Source: Candidatus Saccharimonadales bacterium
Lineage (GTDB): Bacteria; Patescibacteriota; Saccharimonadia; Saccharimonadales; UBA4665
Direction of reading: 5' to 3'
Assembly (NCBI GenBank): GCA_039809165.1
Contig: JBDHUK010000001.1
Span: 1-32,450 of the forward strand
Length of the DNA: 32,450 nt
Shown here: piece by piece, positions 6,937 to 16,454 of the stretch
How positions within the stretch are numbered: the first letter of the stretch is position 1
Layout: the number at the start of each line of letters is the position of its first letter
Translations under genes and position numbers: made by a program
The notes under the pieces: generated by a model
What the model saw: the letters and a program-made list of their open reading frames with translations, nothing else
The model's database searches: none
Told to the model about the DNA's origin: nothing

Positions 6937-9426
6937 ATGATGCCCAACAGTCCGGATTTTAGAGATTTCTTGAATCATTTGACTAATAACGCGCTTAATT
7001 CGTTGAAGCACGCGGATGCAATTGCGCGCAGCTTCGGAAGTGCGTACATTGGTACGGAACACTTGCTGCTTGGCGTCCTGGCGCAGGATGGCAGTATGGG
7101 TTCAAAGATTTTGGAAGGAGCCGGCGTGACGCTCGACAGGGCACGCTTGGCGTTGAATCTTACCCCGAAGACCCTTGTGATCAACATGGGTGCCAAGGGC
7201 CTTAGCGAGACTGCCAAGCTTACGCTTAAAATGGCGTATGACGTTGCCCAAGATTATAACCAGGAGTTTTGCGGTACGGAGCATATTCTGTTTAGTATCG
7301 TCAGCCAAAAGAACGCCCGGGCGACTATTTTGCTACGCGACATGAATATCGATGTTGATTCGCTCATTAATGAAATTGAGCAATTCATGAACAAGCAGCA
7401 GTTTGACGAGAGAGAGGACGGCGTGGAAATGTCGGCTGCAGGCGTCCGAACCAAGAAAGCCGGCAAAAAGACGGCGCTTGATTTTTATGGGACGGATATG
7501 ACCGCTGAAGCGCGCGATGGCAAACTTGACCCGGTCGTTGGCCGGGACGCACAAATCCGGCGCGTCGTGACCATCCTAAACCGTCGTACCAAGAATAATC
7601 CGGTGCTTATCGGCGAGCCGGGAGTCGGCAAGACGGCAATCGTCGAGGGCCTTGCTCAGCGTATTATTGCTGAAGACGTACCCGATAGCTTACTCGACAA
7701 ACGGATCGTAATGCTTGATCTGGCCGGCATGATTGCCGGCACTAAGTACCGCGGTGAATTTGAGGAGCGGTTGAAAAAGGTCATGGCTGAGCTTGAAAAG
7801 GATAAAAAAACCATCGTGTTTATCGATGAGTTGCATTTGATTGTAGGGGCCGGGGCCGCCGAGGGCGCGATGGACGCTGGCAATATATTGAAACCGGCAC
7901 TGGCTCGCGGCAAGATCCAGGTGATCGGCGCCACTACCACCAACGAGTACACTAAGCACATCGAAAAAGACGCCGCCCTGGAGCGTCGCTTCCAGCCGAT
8001 TCAGGTTCCGGAAACTACTGTTCCCGAAACAATCGCCATACTCAAGGGCTTGCGCAAACACTACGAGGCATTCCATGGCGTGGCGATCAGTGATGAGGTC
8101 GTGGAAGACACGGTTAACTTGGCGAAGCGTTATATCAATGACCGTTTTATGCCGGACAAAGCTATTGACTTGCTTGATGAAACCGCTGCTCACCTCCGGG
8201 TAGATAAGGCCAAGACCTCACCGGAAGTGCGAGCGCTTCAAAAAGAGCTCAAGCTTGTTAACGCGCGTATCGAGGAAGCCGTCGACAGCGAAGACTATGA
8301 AAAAGCCGCTCGTGAGAAGACGCGAGCCTCGCAAATTACTGACGAACTGGCAAAATTACAGGAAAAGACGCCGGATATCAAGCGCCTCAAGCTCACGAGC
8401 GAAGATGTCGCCGAGGTGGTATCGCGTATTACCGGTGTTCCGACTCGCAAGGTGATTCGAGCCGAGGCTAAATATTTGATAAACCTTGAGAAGGCTTTGA
8501 GCAAACACGTGATAGGCCAGCATGAGGCCGTAGAGGCGGTCGCCCGGTCTATTCGACGCAACCGCTCAGGTGTGGGCGCACCTAACCGTCCTATCGGCTC
8601 ATTTATCTTTCTGGGCCCGACGGGGGTTGGTAAAACTGAGCTAGCTCGAGTGCTGGCTCGTGAGTTCTTCGGGTCGGAAAACGCGCTGGTCAAAATCGAC
8701 ATGTCCGAGTTTGGGGAGCATCATAACGTTTCGCGGCTGGTCGGCGCTCCGGCCGGTTATGTTGGTTATGATGACGGTGGGCAACTAACAGATAAGGTTC
8801 GCCGCCAGCCTTATAGCCTGGTATTGTTTGATGAGATCGAAAAAGCACATCCTGATGTTTTTAATATGCTCCTGCAATTACTCGAGGATGGCTATGTAAC
8901 CGATGCGAAGGGCCGCCGGATCGATTTTACGAATACAATAATCATCATGACGAGCAACATCGGCGCCGAAAAACTCCAAAAGGAGTCCAGCTTTGGATTC
9001 AGCGCAACGGGCAAGGAAGATTTGAAGGATCTTGATGAACTGCATGAACGCAATAAGGACAAGGTTCTCGAAGAACTCAAAAAAATGATGCGTCCGGAGC
9101 TGCTCAATCGAATCGATAAACAAATTGTCTTCCGGGCTTTGACTAAGAAGGACATCCTTCAGATCATCGACTTACAGCTTGACGATCTGCGAAGCAGGCT
9201 TCAAAAGCAGGGTGTTGGGCTCGAAGTCAGCGCACAGGCCAAACAGTACTTGCTCGAAAAAGGATATGATAGCAAGAATGGCGTCAGACCACTTCGTCGT
9301 TTGATCCAGGATACGATTGAAGACCATGTTGCGCTTGAGCTGCTTGGTGAAAAGCTGACCAAGGGTCACATTCTGCAAGTCGCTTCAAAGAAGGGTCAAT
9401 TGGCCTATGCGGCCGCGACCGAATGA
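6937..9426 (+). CDS. clpC: ATP-dependent Clp protease ATP-binding subunit ClpC (class I AAA+)
   Basis: AAAGGTGG RBS. The protein has an N-terminal Clp repeat domain, Walker [16 protein letters not shown] with Walker B IVFIDELH, a UVR-like linker ([23 protein letters not shown]), and a second Walker [16 protein letters not shown] with [11 protein letters not shown]. Confidence 0.9.
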   Translation: MMPNSPDFRDFLNHLTNNALNSLKHADAIARSFGSAYIGTEHLLLGVLAQDGSMGSKILEGAGVTLDRARLALNLTPKTLVINMGAKGLSETAKLTLKMAYDVAQDYNQEFCGTEHILFSIVSQKNARATILLRDMNIDVDSLINEIEQFMNKQQFDEREDGVEMSAAGVRTKKAGKKTALDFYGTDMTAEARDGKLDPVVGRDAQIRRVVTILNRRTKNNPVLIGEPGVGKTAIVEGLAQRIIAEDVPDSLLDKRIVMLDLAGMIAGTKYRGEFEERLKKVMAELEKDKKTIVFIDELHLIVGAGAAEGAMDAGNILKPALARGKIQVIGATTTNEYTKHIEKDAALERRFQPIQVPETTVPETIAILKGLRKHYEAFHGVAISDEVVEDTVNLAKRYINDRFMPDKAIDLLDETAAHLRVDKAKTSPEVRALQKELKLVNARIEEAVDSEDYEKAAREKTRASQITDELAKLQEKTPDIKRLKLTSEDVAEVVSRITGVPTRKVIRAEAKYLINLEKALSKHVIGQHEAVEAVARSIRRNRSGVGAPNRPIGSFIFLGPTGVGKTELARVLAREFFGSENALVKIDMSEFGEHHNVSRLVGAPAGYVGYDDGGQLTDKVRRQPYSLVLFDEIEKAHPDVFNMLLQLLEDGYVTDAKGRRIDFTNTIIIMTSNIGAEKLQKESSFGFSATGKEDLKDLDELHERNKDKVLEELKKMMRPELLNRIDKQIVFRALTKKDILQIIDLQLDDLRSRLQKQGVGLEVSAQAKQYLLEKGYDSKNGVRPLRRLIQDTIEDHVALELLGEKLTKGHILQVASKKGQLAYAAATE

Positions 9427-9469
9427 TGATTTAAGTGATTGATTTAAGCTCAGGCTATATAATAGGCGT

Positions 9470-10501
9470 ATGCTTTCGAGGAGATCGATGCGCCAGCCTG
9501 CAATGGCGCGCCAGACAATGAGCCGCAGCAAACGGCCGCGGTCATGGATTCGGTTGTGGCCGTGGCTGTTGGTGCCGTTGTTACTGTTGTGTGTTTTCTG
9601 GCAGCGCCAGTCAATTATAGATACGGTGCGCTTGTATGGTTACGATCCGCCAGCTCCAATCGTGGAGCTGGCGGATCGGACTGACATGACTCCGTGGGCA
9701 CGCCGACTGTTTTATGTGAACAAGCCCGAGCTGCTCGAACGAAGCGCCTTTAATGGGGCCTGTAGCAGCCGTGACGAGCAAACCATCGTGCTCGGCTGCT
9801 ACCATCCGGTGGATCGTGGCATTTTTCTGTTTCATGTTACTGACGAGCGGCTAAGCGGCGTCGATCAGGTTACGGCGGCTCATGAAATGCTACATGCCGG
9901 TTATGATCGCTTGAGTGGCCGCGACAAAGAACAGATTAATACGTTGCTAGGGAAGTTTTATGAATCTGGCTTGATTGATGAGCGTATCAAGTCAGTCATA
10001 AACAGCTATCGCAAGAGTGAACCCAATGATATAGCGAACGAGATGCACTCAATCTTCGGCACCGAGGTGGCAACACTAACGCCAGAACTCGAGGTTTACT
10101 ACAAAAAGTATTTCAACGACCGCTCCAAGGTGGTTTCCCTTGCGCAGGACTATCAGTCCGAATTCACTACGCGTCAAAACAAAGTCGCCGAATATGATGC
10201 TCAACTTGCCAATATGAAGCAGCAAATCGCTAACAATAATTTACGGCTAGAATCTGAGGAGTCGCAGATCAATAGTCTCCGCAGGGCTATGGATGCGCAG
10301 CGTGCCGGCAACGATATTGAATCCTATAATGCTAATGTACCAAAGTATAATGCGCGTGTTGACGCATACAACCAGTTAATTGATACGACCAAAGGGCTTG
10401 TAGCTTCGTATAACCAGATAGTAGAGACGCGCAATCAACTTGCCGTACAGGTCACTGAGCTGGCCCATTCTATAGATAGCAGCTATCAGGCAATCAATTA
10501 A
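9470..10501 (+). CDS. Hypothetical membrane-anchored protein with an HExxH motif and a C-terminal coiled coil
   Basis: 343-aa ORF. It has a basic N-terminus followed by one TM helix (WIRLWPWLLVPLLLLCVFW), then TAAHEMLHAGYD (HExxH). The C-terminal ~120 aa are Q/N/E-rich with a heptad-like pattern. TATAAT (9458-9463) lies 6 nt before the ATG and there is no SD. Confidence 0.6.
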   Translation: MLSRRSMRQPAMARQTMSRSKRPRSWIRLWPWLLVPLLLLCVFWQRQSIIDTVRLYGYDPPAPIVELADRTDMTPWARRLFYVNKPELLERSAFNGACSSRDEQTIVLGCYHPVDRGIFLFHVTDERLSGVDQVTAAHEMLHAGYDRLSGRDKEQINTLLGKFYESGLIDERIKSVINSYRKSEPNDIANEMHSIFGTEVATLTPELEVYYKKYFNDRSKVVSLAQDYQSEFTTRQNKVAEYDAQLANMKQQIANNNLRLESEESQINSLRRAMDAQRAGNDIESYNANVPKYNARVDAYNQLIDTTKGLVASYNQIVETRNQLAVQVTELAHSIDSSYQAIN

Positions 10502-10511
10502 CACTCAAGGT

Positions 10512-10520
10512 TGCTATACT
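10512..10520 (+). promoter_or_regulatory. Extended -10 promoter (TGcTATACT) for radA
   Basis: TGCTATACT lies about 35 nt upstream of the GGGGAG-ATG of radA. The same TTGCTATACT string is found upstream of the PBP gene. Confidence 0.4.
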
Positions 10521-10555
10521 TAGCATAGTAATAACGCTGCGGAAAAGTGGGGAGT

Positions 10556-11929
10556 ATGGCTAAAAAACCGATAGCAAACTATGTATGCTCAGCCTGTGGC
10601 GCAATGACGAGCGCCTGGGCTGGCCGTTGTCCACAGTGCGGTGAATGGAATACGCTCGAAGAGGAGGTGCGGCTCGTTGCTTCTACTGCTCGGGCTGCTC
10701 ATGGAAATGGCCGGGTGCTGACCGCGGAAGCGGTCAGCACTTTGGTTGCCAGCGATCAAGAGCGGCTGGTGACCGGCATTTCCGACGTGGACGCCATACT
10801 GGGTGGGGGCATAGTCGCCGGCAGCGTGAATCTGATTGCCGGCCAGCCGGGTATCGGCAAAAGTACTCTGTTGTTGCAGCTCGCTTATGCTGTGGCGGCG
10901 CACGCCAGTGTATTGTATATAAGCGGTGAAGAATCGGCGCATCAAGTGAGTTTGCGCGCCCGAAGATTGGGTGCTGATCGAGGCAATTTGCAGCTCGCTA
11001 CCAGTACTTCGGCCGATGATATCGCCGCCACGATCGCCCAGGGTAATTACCAGCTGGTAATTGTAGACTCCATCCAAACGATCGCTTGTGCTGACGTGGC
11101 CTCAAGTGCTGGCACGGTCTCTCAGATTACCAACAGTACGCATATGATAATGGCGTCAGCCAAACAAGTCGCGACAGCGGTCATACTCGTCGGGCATGTC
11201 ACCAAGGAAGGCTCAATAGCCGGGCCAAAGGTGCTGGAGCATGTAGTTGATGTTGTGTTGCAGCTGGAGGGCGACCGCTATGGCGGATTCAAAATTCTAA
11301 GGGCGGTCAAAAACCGCTTCGGCTCGACGAATGAGGCTGGGATATTCGAGATGGCACAGGAGGGACTACGACCGGTTGATAATCCATCGGCCGCATTACT
11401 AGAAGAGCGACAAGTTAGTGATGGTTCTGTTGTCTTGGCTACGCTTGAGGGTACGCGTGCGCTTCTGGTTGAGGTGCAGGCCTTGGTCAATAAGACAAGT
11501 TACGGCTATCCTAAGCGCGCGGCAAGCGGTATTGATCTGAACCGGATCAATTTGTTGGTAGCAATGCTGGAGCGCCGGACAAAGCTTAATCTCTCGGAGC
11601 AGGATATCTATATTAATATTGTCGGAGGGATGCGTATTACTGAGCCAGCGGCCGATCTGGCGGTGTGTTTGGCGATTGGTTCAGCAGCCAAGGGCTTACA
11701 ACTCAGGCAGAATGCCGTCGTATTTGGAGAGTTGGGCCTATCGGGGGAAGTGCGACATGTGCCATTCGCAGAGAAGCGGATTGCCGAAGCGAAGAAACTG
11801 GGGTTTGAGGCGGCCATCGGCCCGAAACTGAGAGAGGCTGGCGCGGCTAAAATGAAGTCCGGTGGGTTTTTGAGGCCGGTTTCATCGGTACGCGATGCTC
11901 TTAACCAATTTCTCGAAAAAGAAACCTAG
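10556..11929 (+). CDS. radA: DNA repair protein RadA/Sms
   Basis: Zinc finger CSACG...CPQCGEWNT, Walker A GQPGIGKST, the KNRFGSTNEAG motif, and a Lon-like C-terminal domain. I placed the start at ATG 10556 (MAKKPIANYVC) after GGGGAG; the track begins at GTG 10547. Confidence 0.9.
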   Translation: MAKKPIANYVCSACGAMTSAWAGRCPQCGEWNTLEEEVRLVASTARAAHGNGRVLTAEAVSTLVASDQERLVTGISDVDAILGGGIVAGSVNLIAGQPGIGKSTLLLQLAYAVAAHASVLYISGEESAHQVSLRARRLGADRGNLQLATSTSADDIAATIAQGNYQLVIVDSIQTIACADVASSAGTVSQITNSTHMIMASAKQVATAVILVGHVTKEGSIAGPKVLEHVVDVVLQLEGDRYGGFKILRAVKNRFGSTNEAGIFEMAQEGLRPVDNPSAALLEERQVSDGSVVLATLEGTRALLVEVQALVNKTSYGYPKRAASGIDLNRINLLVAMLERRTKLNLSEQDIYINIVGGMRITEPAADLAVCLAIGSAAKGLQLRQNAVVFGELGLSGEVRHVPFAEKRIAEAKKLGFEAAIGPKLREAGAAKMKSGGFLRPVSSVRDALNQFLEKET

Positions 11930-11953
11930 GGCTTACCTGGCGACGGTCATTCG

Positions 11954-14900
11954 TTACTGTACGCTCGTGGAATCAGTTTTGTTGTTGCTGTCCTTGACAT
12001 AGACTTGCGTGCCTATACCAAGCTTGGAACCCACAAAACAACTGGTACCGGACGGAGAATTATTACTACAGAGCGTAGATCCACCTGATTGGTATACGGT
12101 GAACGGCCCATTGCCTCCCGACCATGTAAAACGGGTTTGATTGCCTACCACCTTGGCGCTCTCGAATGAAAGGCCGGAGCCACTGTCGGCTTGACTGGTA
12201 AAGTTCGCGCTATCCGTCGCCTGGTATAGGACGCTGTCGATTACCTGGGCGGTAATGACGGTGTCGCCACTGGATGTGGGCATATAGACAAATGACACGG
12301 AGCTCGGAGAATCACTGACCGAGATTGATTTTACGGTTTGACCGCCAATCATGAAGTTTACTGTGCCGGGAAAATCTGAGCGTGCTGAATCCGAAAGCGG
12401 ATGTGTCCCGGCAGTCACCGTCGCCGTGATAGTGCATCCACCGTCGCCGGCGTCACAGGTAGATGGTGCGGTTACGGTAATAGAGGGTGGCGTGTCGCTA
12501 CAATTGTGGACGTCATCAGTGGCTTTGGATGTCGAAGCATTGGATGAATTGCTGGAACTCGGAGAGCCGCCGTTCCACAAGTCGACGTTCCAGGTGGCGG
12601 CATTGCTGTTGCCTAGGGTTTGCCGGGCCAGTTCAGGGGTACAGCTGGTAGCGATTTTGCCGGTAACCTTGTCGGTTGTTTGAGTGGTGGTCGTTTTTGA
12701 GCTTGGGTTGTACCACGACGGAAAAAGATCAGTGCTTGAGCTGGGTACGATCTCGCCCAGGCGTGATACTTTGCTGCGGACGACATAAGCCTGAGCTGTT
12801 TTGATGTCTTGAGGCTTCTCCCAAGCGACGGGCTTGAGGTCGGCATGTGCGGCTTCCATCCAGCCGCGTGTGACCGGCGAGGTGAGCTGCTCCATTGAGC
12901 TGTTTAGGGTTACGTGCCGGGTGTGGTGGCCAACCCAGGTGACAACAGCGTATTTGGTTGACCACGAAGTCATGAGGCCGTCGTAGCCGTCGTTGGTGGT
13001 ACCGGTTTTGACGGCAAACTTCCAGCCGTTTTTCTGGTTCTGGAATTTGTAGCTTGCCGGGAGATAGCTGGCATTGGGATCAGAAGCCATATCATTGACG
13101 ATGTATGCCGTGTCGGCCTTGATGACTTGTTTGGATTTAGGCTGTTTGAACTCATCGACGGTTTTGCCGGCAGAGTCAGTGATTTTGAGTATATAGGTGC
13201 GTGGAATAGCCTGGCCCAGGCGAGCGAGCGTTGACAGTCCATTTACGTGATCGTCGAGATGCAGAAAGGCCCCATCGCCGATAGCCGAAGCACCATAACA
13301 CTGGGTTTTTTGAGTGAGCGCTTCGTCAGAGTAGCAGTTATACGCGTTGCCCTTGATATAAGGATTTGCCATCATCGCCGAAGCTGTACTGATCGTCTTG
13401 TTGATGGAATTGACTTTGCCGTTGCTGTTATCGTTGGGGACGGCCGACAGCATAGCTTTGACGGCTGGAACGTTTCGCGAGCCGCCGAGTGCATAACGCA
13501 AAGTGATCGGGCCGGGGAATCCGAAGTCGTAGTCTTGTAAACAGTTGCCGGGGTTGTTTTTGTTTACCCGATTCTGAGTGCAAGGGTATCCGGGAAGTGC
13601 TCCCTTGGTATCGTAGAGTACCGAGCCAGCGCCAACATTGGTGTTGTTGTCTATGAATGCCGCATAATCATACGGCTTGAAGCTTGAGCCGGGGGGCAAT
13701 AGGATGCCGGACGCGAAGTTATTTTGGCCATAATCCGGGTTGCTGAAATCAATACCACCCACCGATGCCACAATCTGGCCTGTCTGGACATCTTCGGCGA
13801 CAAAGGCTTCATTATCGGCACCGGCACGTTTGATGTTGGCCAGATTCTTCTGGACAAGGTCTTCAGCGGTATCTTGGAGTTTGACATCCATGGTGGTTAC
13901 GACCTTCCAGCCGCCGCGATTGACGGTAGCGGCGCCATACTTCTGCTCAAGTTGTTTTTTGGCCGAAAGTACAAAATACGGCGACTTGATGCCCTCGTAC
14001 TTGGGGGTCATTGGCTTCACCTGAGCTAGAATGTCTACCTTTTTGGCGTCTTCGGCTTCCTGCTTGGTTATCATGCCCTGATTGGCCATTTGGTCGAGGA
14101 TATATTGCTGGCGGCCGAGCAAGGCTTCGCGATCAAATAAGCTGTCGGTAGCCGAGGGATTCCATTGAGGGTCAGAATAGGGTGAGTAGGCCGTAGGAGC
14201 CTTAGGAATGGAGGCTAGCATGGCCGCTTGGGGCAGCGTTAGGTTTTTGGCGGTTGTGCCGAAGTAATCGCGAGCTGCAGATTCAACCCCATATTCCACG
14301 CCACCGTATGGAGCAAGGTTGAGATAGCCATTGAGGATATCAGCCTTGCTGTATTCGCGCTCCAGTTCTATGGCCAGAATAAGCTCCTTGACCTTGCGAG
14401 TATAGGTACGCTCCTCCGTCCAGTCCTGATCGAGCTTGACGAGCTGTTGAGTGATTGTCGAACCACCCTGACGCTGGCCTCCGGTCAGGTCGGTGAATAC
14501 GGCACGGGCGATACCCTGCACGTCGAAAGCGCCGTGTCTGTAGAAATTTTTGTCCTCAATGGAGACGGTGGCTTTGCGCATATAGTCGCTGATTTGATCA
14601 CCTGGGACGGGAACACGTTTGACAGCACTATAATCCTGCCAGAGTACCGTTTCGCCGGTGCGGTCGTAGTAGGTAATGCTGCCGCCCAGCTTGTCTCCGG
14701 AGAGGTCTTTGATCTTCGGCAGATCTTTGCGGAAATAGGCGAATACACCGACCGCTAAGAAGAAGCAAACAATAATGGCAACGCCGGCGATCTTAAGGGC
14801 CATGAGGGCGCCTTCGCGGCTGAACCAGTATTTGAAGAAACGCTTGGGGTGGAGACGATACAGGGTACGCTTTATTGGGTTCTTGGGAAGTGTGCTGAGG

Positions 14901-15073
14901 TAAGCGGCTTTGGCGGCCGCCTTTTGACTCTTGCGAGCCTTGGCTCGTTCGCCGATGCTCTGGTGGAGCTTTATTGACTGGCCACTCTTGGTAGTGTAGG
15001 TATTTTTGGGTCTGCGTCGTCCCTGGCCTCCATTTGATTGGCCGGGATGCCCACCTTTATTCAGCTCGCTCAT
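11954..15073 (-). CDS. Class A penicillin-binding protein (glycosyltransferase GT51 + transpeptidase) with a long C-terminal extension
   Basis: GT51 motifs SIEDKNFYRHGAFD, GGSTITQQLVK and RKVKELILAIELE. Transpeptidase motifs SSFK (SxxK), SRN and KTGTT. It has a ~90-aa basic cytoplasmic tail, one TM helix, and a ~250-aa Ser/Thr/Cys-rich C-terminal extension. Confidence 0.9.
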   Translation of the reverse strand: MSELNKGGHPGQSNGGQGRRRPKNTYTTKSGQSIKLHQSIGERAKARKSQKAAAKAAYLSTLPKNPIKRTLYRLHPKRFFKYWFSREGALMALKIAGVAIIVCFFLAVGVFAYFRKDLPKIKDLSGDKLGGSITYYDRTGETVLWQDYSAVKRVPVPGDQISDYMRKATVSIEDKNFYRHGAFDVQGIARAVFTDLTGGQRQGGSTITQQLVKLDQDWTEERTYTRKVKELILAIELEREYSKADILNGYLNLAPYGGVEYGVESAARDYFGTTAKNLTLPQAAMLASIPKAPTAYSPYSDPQWNPSATDSLFDREALLGRQQYILDQMANQGMITKQEAEDAKKVDILAQVKPMTPKYEGIKSPYFVLSAKKQLEQKYGAATVNRGGWKVVTTMDVKLQDTAEDLVQKNLANIKRAGADNEAFVAEDVQTGQIVASVGGIDFSNPDYGQNNFASGILLPPGSSFKPYDYAAFIDNNTNVGAGSVLYDTKGALPGYPCTQNRVNKNNPGNCLQDYDFGFPGPITLRYALGGSRNVPAVKAMLSAVPNDNSNGKVNSINKTISTASAMMANPYIKGNAYNCYSDEALTQKTQCYGASAIGDGAFLHLDDHVNGLSTLARLGQAIPRTYILKITDSAGKTVDEFKQPKSKQVIKADTAYIVNDMASDPNASYLPASYKFQNQKNGWKFAVKTGTTNDGYDGLMTSWSTKYAVVTWVGHHTRHVTLNSSMEQLTSPVTRGWMEAAHADLKPVAWEKPQDIKTAQAYVVRSKVSRLGEIVPSSSTDLFPSWYNPSSKTTTTQTTDKVTGKIATSCTPELARQTLGNSNAATWNVDLWNGGSPSSSNSSNASTSKATDDVHNCSDTPPSITVTAPSTCDAGDGGCTITATVTAGTHPLSDSARSDFPGTVNFMIGGQTVKSISVSDSPSSVSFVYMPTSSGDTVITAQVIDSVLYQATDSANFTSQADSGSGLSFESAKVVGNQTRFTWSGGNGPFTVYQSGGSTLCSNNSPSGTSCFVGSKLGIGTQVYVKDSNNKTDSTSVQ

Positions 15074-15114
15074 TGGTATGTTTTAACTCCATTGTTGCAA
15101 CATTATTCTTTTCC

Positions 15115-15123
15115 AGTATAGCA
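15115..15123 (-). promoter_or_regulatory. Extended -10 promoter (TGcTATACT) for the PBP gene
   Basis: The minus strand reads TTGCTATACT about 40 nt upstream of the PBP ATG at 15073. Confidence 0.4.
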
Positions 15124-15177
15124 AACCATAACTGAAAATGGCCTATAGTTTGTAGCATTACGTGCGGGCCCTACATC

Positions 15178-15186
15178 TGTTATACT
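15178..15186 (+). promoter_or_regulatory. Extended -10 promoter (TGtTATACT) for tyrS, leaderless geometry
   Basis: TGTTATACT is followed by 6 nt (tcgtac) and then the tyrS ATG at 15193. There is no SD. Confidence 0.5.
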
Positions 15187-15192
15187 TCGTAC

Positions 15193-16440
15193 ATGACATT
15201 ATCCGAAGAACTTACGTGGCGTGGCTTCGTCAACCAAACGACATTCAAAGATATCACAATACTTGATAATGAACCGCTGACTTTCTATTTCGGCGTTGAT
15301 CCGAGTGCTTCTTCGATGCAAGTCGGTAATTTGGCGGCCGCCATGATGGTAAAACATTTTATGAAGCATGGTCACAAAGCAGTATTGCTCGTTGGCGGCG
15401 CGACCGGACTGATCGGTGATCCTGACGGCAAGGCCGAAGAGCGCACCCTTAAATCAATGGAAGAAATTAACGCCAATAAACAAGCAATCGCCGCCCAGTA
15501 CCGTAGTTTGTTTGAGGGCATGGATTTTCGGGTCGTTGATAATTATGACTGGTTCAGGGACATGGGCTATCTGCAATTTCTGCGCGAAGTCGGCAAACAC
15601 GTACCAATGCGGCAAATGATGCAGCGCGAGTTCGTGCAATCTCGCCTCAGCGAAGATGGAGCCGGTATCAGCTATGCCGAGTTTAGCTACGTATTGATTC
15701 AGGGATATGACTTTTTGCATCTGTACCGCGAATATGGCGTAACGCTGCAACTCTGCGGTTCGGATCAGTGGGGCAATTCGATTGCCGGCGTAGAGCTGAT
15801 TCGCCGTTTGACCGGCGCCGAGGCACATGTTTGGTCAACACCGCTGATTATTAATAAATCGACGGGCAAGAAATTTGGGAAGAGTGAAGGGGGGGCTGTC
15901 TGGCTTGATCCGGCCCGGACATCTCCAACGCAGTTCTATCAATTCTGGATTAATGCTGACGACGAGGGCGTGGAAGACTATCTCAAGACATTTACTGAAC
16001 TTGACAAGGCTGAAGTTGACCATATTATGTCCGAGCACCGTGAAAACCCGGGTGCTCGTCAGGCGCAAACTCATTTGGCGCGAGCGGTCACGGCGCTTGT
16101 ACACGGCGATGAGCAAATGCGGCAGGCAGAACTTGTGACGAGCTTTTTGACCGGCAAAAGACCAATAGCCGAAGTTGACGAAGTAACGCTAGCTGTTGTT
16201 CGTCAGGAGCTGGCCGATGTGATAACCTCCGAAACCGGATCGGTCCTTCAGGCGCTCGTTGACGGGGGGCTGGCTGAGTCCGTTTCTGATGCCCGACGGC
16301 TTCTGAAAGGTAATGCGATATCGATCGATGGCATTAAGATAGCCCGTGAAAACTTCGAGGCTGGAGATTTTCACGGCGGTCGTCTTATGCTCAAAAAGGG
16401 TAAGAAGTTCAAAGATACCATTCTCGTCGAGCTCGGATGA
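15193..16440 (+). CDS. tyrS: Tyrosine--tRNA ligase
   Basis: End-to-end resemblance to bacterial TyrRS: ELTWRGFVNQTT, LVGGATGLIGDP, GSDQWGN, KFGKS (the KMSKS equivalent), and a C-terminal S4-like domain. The HIGH position reads MQVGN. Confidence 0.9.
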   Translation: MTLSEELTWRGFVNQTTFKDITILDNEPLTFYFGVDPSASSMQVGNLAAAMMVKHFMKHGHKAVLLVGGATGLIGDPDGKAEERTLKSMEEINANKQAIAAQYRSLFEGMDFRVVDNYDWFRDMGYLQFLREVGKHVPMRQMMQREFVQSRLSEDGAGISYAEFSYVLIQGYDFLHLYREYGVTLQLCGSDQWGNSIAGVELIRRLTGAEAHVWSTPLIINKSTGKKFGKSEGGAVWLDPARTSPTQFYQFWINADDEGVEDYLKTFTELDKAEVDHIMSEHRENPGARQAQTHLARAVTALVHGDEQMRQAELVTSFLTGKRPIAEVDEVTLAVVRQELADVITSETGSVLQALVDGGLAESVSDARRLLKGNAISIDGIKIARENFEAGDFHGGRLMLKKGKKFKDTILVELG

Positions 16441-16446
16441 TATACT
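16438..16446 (+). promoter_or_regulatory. Possible extended -10 (TGaTATACT) overlapping the tyrS stop codon
   Basis: TGATATACT is followed by 8 nt and then the ATG at 16455, with no SD. The gene could equally be co-transcribed with tyrS. Confidence 0.35.
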
Positions 16447-16454
16447 GAATCAAT

